From contig CM022677.1 in the NCBI GenBank assembly GCA_012295275.1, positions 17,670,001 through 17,734,000 on the forward strand: a stretch of DNA of 64,000 nucleotides, given 5' to 3'. The notes under the pieces are model-generated. The model did not search any database, had not been told where the DNA came from, and saw nothing but the letters and a program-made list of their open reading frames with translations. Shown here one piece after another: positions 56,960-64,000 of the stretch (position 1 is its first letter; the number at the start of each line of letters is the position of its first letter). Source of the stretch: Chrysomallon squamiferum. Its lineage: Eukaryota > Animalia > Mollusca. The translations under genes and the position numbers were made by a program.

Positions 56960-57019
56960 ATGGCTGAAAGTGATGCTAGTAGCTCACAGTATTACGACTC
57001 GGATTATTCCGAGCCCCAG
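56960..57019 (+). CDS. MCC: Candidate MCC alternative first coding exon (MAESDASSSQYYDSDYSEPQ), EF-hand-less isoform
   Basis: aatATGG start, 20 codons, cag|gttggt donor in phase 0 (same phase as the exon 3 donor), inside a local CpG-retaining patch. Confidence 0.55.
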
Positions 57020-58028
57020 GTTGGTATGAAGATTTTTGTTTCTCGAAAATTGGCGACAGTTAGAATAATCTGTTAATTGGCGAACGTGCTTGTCGTATTG
57101 CAAGACCTGTGAAATACTTGTCTCTTGTTATTTTTAATTTTTTTTTTTTTTTATCATTTTAAAAACGGAATTTGTTGATACGTAGAAATGTCGATAGACT
57201 GATCATGTTATTGGTTTGCAGTGACCAACTGGCTTCACTGATTATTGTTGGGTTTTTTTAAAAATATTTTATAACATTTATCTGCAGTGCATGTTTGTAA
57301 TTAATAGAATTGTAATCTGCATGCGTATTTACTGGAAAAATTAATAGAATTTATGATAATTTAGAAACGTTATTTCTCTCTCTCTGTGTGTATGTTTTAC
57401 ATCTGGGATAGGCCAGATTGGTGATTAATTTTTAATGTTTTATTCGAAATATTTAAATTAGTTTATTAGCATTGCATATTTAATGAAATAAGAAAATGAA
57501 CATAAAAATTATGAACTAAAATGGTGTTGGTTAATAACATGGTAAAACCAAGAAATATGGTTTCTCTGTGTTTAATTGGTTATTATTTGTCTGGGTCAAA
57601 TCTAGCTTTGCTTCAGTGATTATTTTTATTTGTATATATTTTATATATATATATATATATTTTAATATTTAAATTAAATTTATCTGAAATCAACATTTAA
57701 TGAAAATAGAGGAATCATATTGATTGGTATAGGACAAATACAAATGTCTGTTTTGTTTGTCTGGGAAAACAGCTTAGCTGTATTGATTATTTTCTTGTTT
57801 ATCTTTCTGTTTTATCAGAAATATTTACAGTGATAGATCTGAAATGCTTATTTAATTGAAAACAATCAGAGATGTAGAGATAAGTAGTCAAATCATATCC
57901 TCCATCTTGATTTGTGCAGACCAGCTTGGCTTCTCTGTTTTAATTCTGGTTTTTTTTTTTGGTTTTTTTAAAAATATTTACAGGAAGAGAAACCTGGAAA
58001 GGGAAAAAATAAAAATAAAAATAGAAAA

Positions 58029-58063
<35 letters not shown>

Positions 58064-59296
58064 AATATAAAACCTGATCCAAAACAATCTAGTTGCATAA
58101 TTAACAGGAACTGTAGTTATTCTTTTTATTATTTTCATATTATTTTCATCTCATTGCATAAAACAGTTCAGAATTTCAAATTCTCTGAGAGGTTAGTAAT
58201 TTTGATTTAATATAATATATGATTCAGTTTTATTATTATTATGTTTTTTTGATGATAATACACACAACTGGAGTTTATTAGTATTTCAAAATATTTTTTT
58301 ATAAAGTATATAATGCAGCTAATATAATTAAAAAACATATAACAACCACAACAACAACTGCAACAACTACTACTACTACTATTATTATTATTATTATTAT
58401 TATTTTTTTTTTTTATTTATTCTTTAATTCAGTATTCACAGACATCATAATTTTTATTTTTATTATTATTATTATGATTATTTTTAATGTTTATAAACAC
58501 TGAAGTAAATATAAAAATATCAGATGAAATATTTAGTTTATTTCGTTATTCCAAATGTTGTTGTTTCCACTAAATTCATAACCAATACTTTTGGATAATG
58601 CATATTTAATGAGTTATATTTTAACTCAGAAAATTTTGAATTAAGCGGAGTGACAAGAAATGCTATTACTCTGTTCGCAAGGCTGGTTAAAGGACAAAAT
58701 AATTTGTCTTTAATGTGTAATTAATTCCACCTCTGCTGTTGATTTATTTGATTTCCTTTAATATATTTTTCAGGTCACTGAAAGTTTAATTTGAAGTTGT
58801 TGATAATTTTTAAAATGCATTAAGATATTTATTTTTACATTATTAAAAGACAAAGTTCTCAAAGAATGTTTTTTTAATTTATTTATTTTTATTATTTTAT
58901 TATTATTATTATTTTTTTTTTTTTTTTTTTTTTGCTAATTTATATTTGATTCATTAATAATTTTTTTTTTAGAGTGACCTTTTTTTATTTGTAAATATTT
59001 TTTTTAAATTTTATTTTTGTTATTAATATTGCTTTTTTTCGTCTTTTTTTTTGTATCATAAATTATTTATTTTGATGCTGTTTCAAGCTGGTATGATTTA
59101 TTACAACAATCTTTTAGCAGTTTATGAGAATTTAATATTGTGAATAATGTTTTTCTTCATAAAAAGAAAATATCATTGATTTTAAGTCCTTTTTTAATTA
59201 TGAATGTAGTAATTCTTTAAACAAATATTTTTTTAAATTATTATAATATCAAAAAAGAAGAAAATAAACAAATATTCAATAATTTATTTTATTATA

Positions 59297-59327
<31 letters not shown>

Positions 59328-59449
59328 TATTTTTTTCCATTATGAAAAGTGAGATATTCAATTAGCACTCATTTTCATTAATTTTTTTCCTTCATATATG
59401 TTAGAAATAATATACAGTATTCACTTTCCTTACAAAAGTTGTATTTGTA

Positions 59450-59488
<39 letters not shown>

Positions 59489-59696
59489 AATATTATTGTT
59501 TACATTCCTGATAAACAACAAGACAGAACAGTGAAGAAGAAACTTAAGTTCACATTCTGGATTGGGAAAAACATTAAATACATAGAAATTAAAAATATTC
59601 TGCTGCATCACATACTAACAAAACCAGACATCACTGAGTAGCTGAATATGTACAAGAATTACTTCACTGACTGTATTAGTTCTATCATTTCACTAA

Positions 59697-59930
59697 CAGA
59701 ATCGCATTTACACTCTTACGTTTTAATTTACATATATTTTCTATAGATTCGGTTTTGTACAGAATCACTAGAATCATTTCACAAACGGAATCACATTAAC
59801 ACCCTCGTGATTTCATTTACATATATTTTCCATAGATTCGGTTTTGTACAGAATCACTAGAATCATTTCACAAACGGAATCACATTAACACCCTTGTGAT
59901 TTCATTTACATATATTTTCTGTAGATTCAG
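59697..59930. repeat. ~90-bp tandem duplication
   Basis: atagattcggttttgtacagaatcactagaatcatttcacaaacggaatcacattaacaccc occurs twice, plus partial copies. Confidence 0.88.
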
Positions 59931-60993
59931 ATTGCAAAATCCCTGGGGAAATCCCAAACTAAAAGTCAAAACTCAGCCATGAACAAGTGTTATAACAAAT
60001 GAAGAATGATATATGGTATCAGTTTCAAGATCAGCCAGCAAACTAGAATCAAATTAGCAGCTCTCTTGTGGTTTCAGCTACCTATTGCCTTTATATTTTC
60101 AGCAGTGAACACTTGAAATGACAGTACTAAATTATAATATCAGTTACAAAGGCCAGTCTAAACTAGGATAAATGATTATTAATGCCCATGATGTTAATTA
60201 GCTTTTGATTTCAGTTAAATTTTTTTATATTTTGGGGAATTATAATTTTATCCTCAACCATAAAATAGCCAAATTATAATACGAAAATACCAGTTATGAA
60301 GTCAAGTTTAGAACCAGGAAAAGTCGTAATATTAATTCCCTTTTGATTTCTGCAGTTAGAGTCTTTATGAAACTGTCAAATCTATTTAATTCAGCATAAC
60401 AGTGCCAAATTATAATAGGGTTAAGGCCAGAACAGAATTTATATGCTAACTTATTTTTCATTTCAGCTTCATATATCTTGTTTATTTTCAATGGGGAAAG
60501 CCCAGGGAAACCTCCAACTAAAACTGCATAATGTAACCTTGACCTTAATTAATGTCAGAATAATGTAAAATTACCAATTATTAAGCCATTAGTGAAAAAA
60601 AATAGATAATTGTAGAAAAATTACATTGACACTCAGTAAAATTAAATCAGAATTAGTACTTGAAACCAGAATATGATAATGTAGCCATTCTCATTAAATT
60701 GGTTAACCAGTTTTAAACCTCTTTTAAGACTTAAGACGGAGAAAAATTACAAATTACCAGGGCCTGTCTAATGTCTGATTAATACTGCCCATGTTATTAA
60801 TGTTCACTGAAAACTGGGAATGACTCTATTCTACTCTGTTAAAGCTGTTGTTAAAGAAAAATATGAAAGATCAATCAATCAGAACTGACTAGTTATTAAT
60901 GTCAAGTTAATACTCGTTATAATTGTTTATAAATAAATGAAAATAAATATTTAGACCGAATTATTGTCCAAATAACTAACTAAAATGTTTTAG

Positions 60994-61032
<39 letters not shown>

Positions 61033-63017
61033 AATGTTATTTATTCTATCCCTCTTTTAAATTTTTAGCCTGCTAAATAATAAAAAAAAGTGTTAGTTAT
61101 GGAATATTGAGTGTTGACATAGTAACTAAAATAGATTATGTATCATGTTGTGTTATCATACTTGAACAATGTTTAAAATTAAACACTTAGTTTATTCTTT
61201 ATGAGCCAGTAACAAATATTATTACTGACTTCTTCACTTTCCTCCTCTGTCTAACAGAGTCCCAGATCCAGAATATTATTGCCATCCATTAAAAAAACAT
61301 CATTAAAACATTTTAGAAAACAGTTTAAAAAAAATTAAATATCGAAAAAAAAACAAAAAATTTGACCATTTATTTATTTATTAAGTTACTTCTAGAAATG
61401 TATTTTTGACTGCTACCATATATATATATATATATATAAAACACAATATTTCTAGAAATAACTTCTAACAGTACTTTAATATCTATTTTCTGTTTGAGTA
61501 ATCAATTTGAGGTCATTAACCGACATCATAATGTCTGTATTTAGAAATAACTTACTATCAATGTCAATAATAATTTAGTAATAATATTAATACTATGTGT
61601 GTATATGTATGTATTTGTGTTTATGTGTTTCTGTGTTTGTAATATGTATGAAGTGTCCAGTGTTTAACATCACTGAATCTGACCTTGGACTCGGCACTTT
61701 TGAAAGTTTAATATGCTCGGGTCACACTGCACTAGCTGAAAGCGTCTGGTGGGCAGTGTATCAATCGATAGCGACATTCAGATGTGATTATGAAGCCTGG
61801 TTTAATTTTGTTGCGTGTGACTGGTTTATGTGATTAATGAGAACTGTATTGATTGTCTGTGTTTATTGTTTAGTCTGGAATTAACACAGTCGGAAGTGTT
61901 TAACCTCACTGTGTTATGTAACACGCAGTTATCAGATATGATTTTTATTTTATTTTTTATTACACCGGTCAGGGGGAAAAAATAACTTTTTAACCAGTTA
62001 TTGTGTTATCAGTTACTCGTTAATATCAATGAAATAGAGTGCGTTTATAACTAGGCTTAGTCATAATTCATGCTGATATATAGAATATTAATAATTATGC
62101 TACTACAGTTTATAAACAAATATTAATTATGACATTGGTGAAAATAGTTCATGGCGAAAATAGTTCTTTCTTGCATAGCCTTATAATGTTAATGCATTTT
62201 AAATATTTTCCTGGATGGCAAATATGCATGTAACTAAGTTTCATTATCTTCAAAATAATTAAAACACAACTTGATAATATTACTTATCCGTAAAATTTAT
62301 GGAGAACAAATGTTATTTTTTTATTTATTTTTTTTATAATCTGTACATGGTAACGAGGTAAAATTTTCAAATAATAGATACTACTCAGCCATTATACTGA
62401 CAGGAAAAAAAACACATTTATAAACTTATTTGTAGTCACTAGGTAAAAGGGATATATATCAGGGATCCTTTAGGATTCACTAAATACAAAAGGAGTTATT
62501 ACAACAACATACATCCTATTTATATCCTACTGATTTGATTATAAAGACGCATCATAATATAATACTGTTAGTGGCAAATAAATAAATAAATAAATAAATA
62601 AATAACTTGGATTAATAATAATAATATTATTATTATTATATTAGATATATTGTGTTACATTACATTGTGTTAATAATATTTTTAGAGGGGAAATAAAAAA
62701 ATATATATATAAACAAACTGTATTAGTAATAATATTATATTACAATATATTGTCTTACATTACATTATAGTAATAATATTATTATTATTATATTACAGTA
62801 TGTTGTGTTACATTACATTGTATTAATTATTAACTTAGATAATATTAATAATTAAGAAAATAAACACAAAACACCAAAAAGGGTCCATGATTACTGTACA
62901 TCATCTGGAAAATATATCATCTGGAGAATACATCATCTGCAGAATAAATAAATAAACTTTAATAAAAATGTATAATTATTATTGACATCTATATCTAATA
63001 AGTGCTGTTTCTACAAA

Positions 63018-63048
<31 letters not shown>

Positions 63049-63864
63049 AAATAATTAAATTACCTGTAAGTACAATTTTTACTTGTGAGGATATATAAAC
63101 ACAACTTGTAGAAGTCACTTCTAAGTCACTTTAATATATATTTTCTGTAGTAATTTGAGGTCATTAACTGACATCATATGGCTGTATTTGAAATAATTTA
63201 TTATCAGTGTCAATAATTTAGTATTATTAATAATATGATGTGTATGTATGTATGTATATGTGTTTGTATATGTGTCTGTTTGTAATATGTATGAAGTGTC
63301 CAGTATTTAACTTCTACAATGTAAAGTAGCAAAAATCCGAAATAAAGAAAGAATTCATTATTGTTACTGAGTAGTAATTGTATCACTTAGCTGTGTATTG
63401 GCAGATTTTTGTACAAACATACTCAGACTACTCAGACTAATTTGAGTTCTATTGACTCAGTTATTTTTATCTTCTCTCCGTCTGTTTCCATAGTAAATGT
63501 CTGCCTCCATATTGAATTTTAACACATAGACTTGAAATTTGCCGTTTTTGACATTTAGAAAGAAGATTAAGGTCAAAGTAAAAATATGTAACACAATATT
63601 AATACCTATACAAATGTTCTAACAGGACAGTAATATATTTTATCACACACACATGCACACATACATAACAAAAAGAACAGTAAGAAAGAAACCTTATTGA
63701 AAATAACCACAAACACATTCAAACACAAACACACAACCATTCACACACAAACACAAACATTCACACAGACATACACACAGGTTTTTTTTTAATATGAAAA
63801 TATGTTGGCTTATGATCATATTACATTTGTAACTGTCTTTTTCACTTCACATTGGCTTATTTAT

Positions 63865-63912
<48 letters not shown>

Positions 63913-64000
63913 ACATCTATATAATATAGATATGTGTGTTTTTAATATTTAACAGTGTGTACATCTGTTCAGGTTCATATCTATCTGCATGTGTTTGTGT

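Overview
Eukaryotic, very AT-rich, microsatellite-dense metazoan DNA (probably lophotrochozoan/mollusc; this is inference). It holds two intron-rich genes on the + strand. (1) The 3' half of a class I bHLH E-protein gene (daughterless / TCF3-TCF4-TCF12 family), with exons from 2234 to 12017. Its helix-loop-helix is encoded by two tandem, diverged 146-nt exons (6561-6706 and 6762-6907) only 55 nt apart. These look like mutually exclusive exons, reminiscent of vertebrate E12/E47 but with a different 5' boundary. There is also a candidate 54-nt cassette exon, candidate alternative C-terminal exons and an intronic E-box cluster. (2) The 5' part of an MCC (mutated in colorectal cancers) orthologue: a TATA promoter near 21755, EF-hand exons at 21954-22105, 30779-31041 and 31892-32064, then a >31-kb intron running off the window. 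That intron contains a candidate alternative first exon (56960-57019). A ~250-bp inverted repeat pair brackets MCC exons 2-3. The rest is intron or intergenic sequence with SSRs, minisatellites and local duplications. Nearly all other ORFs in the track are SSR artefacts. All gene models were read by eye; no database search was run.
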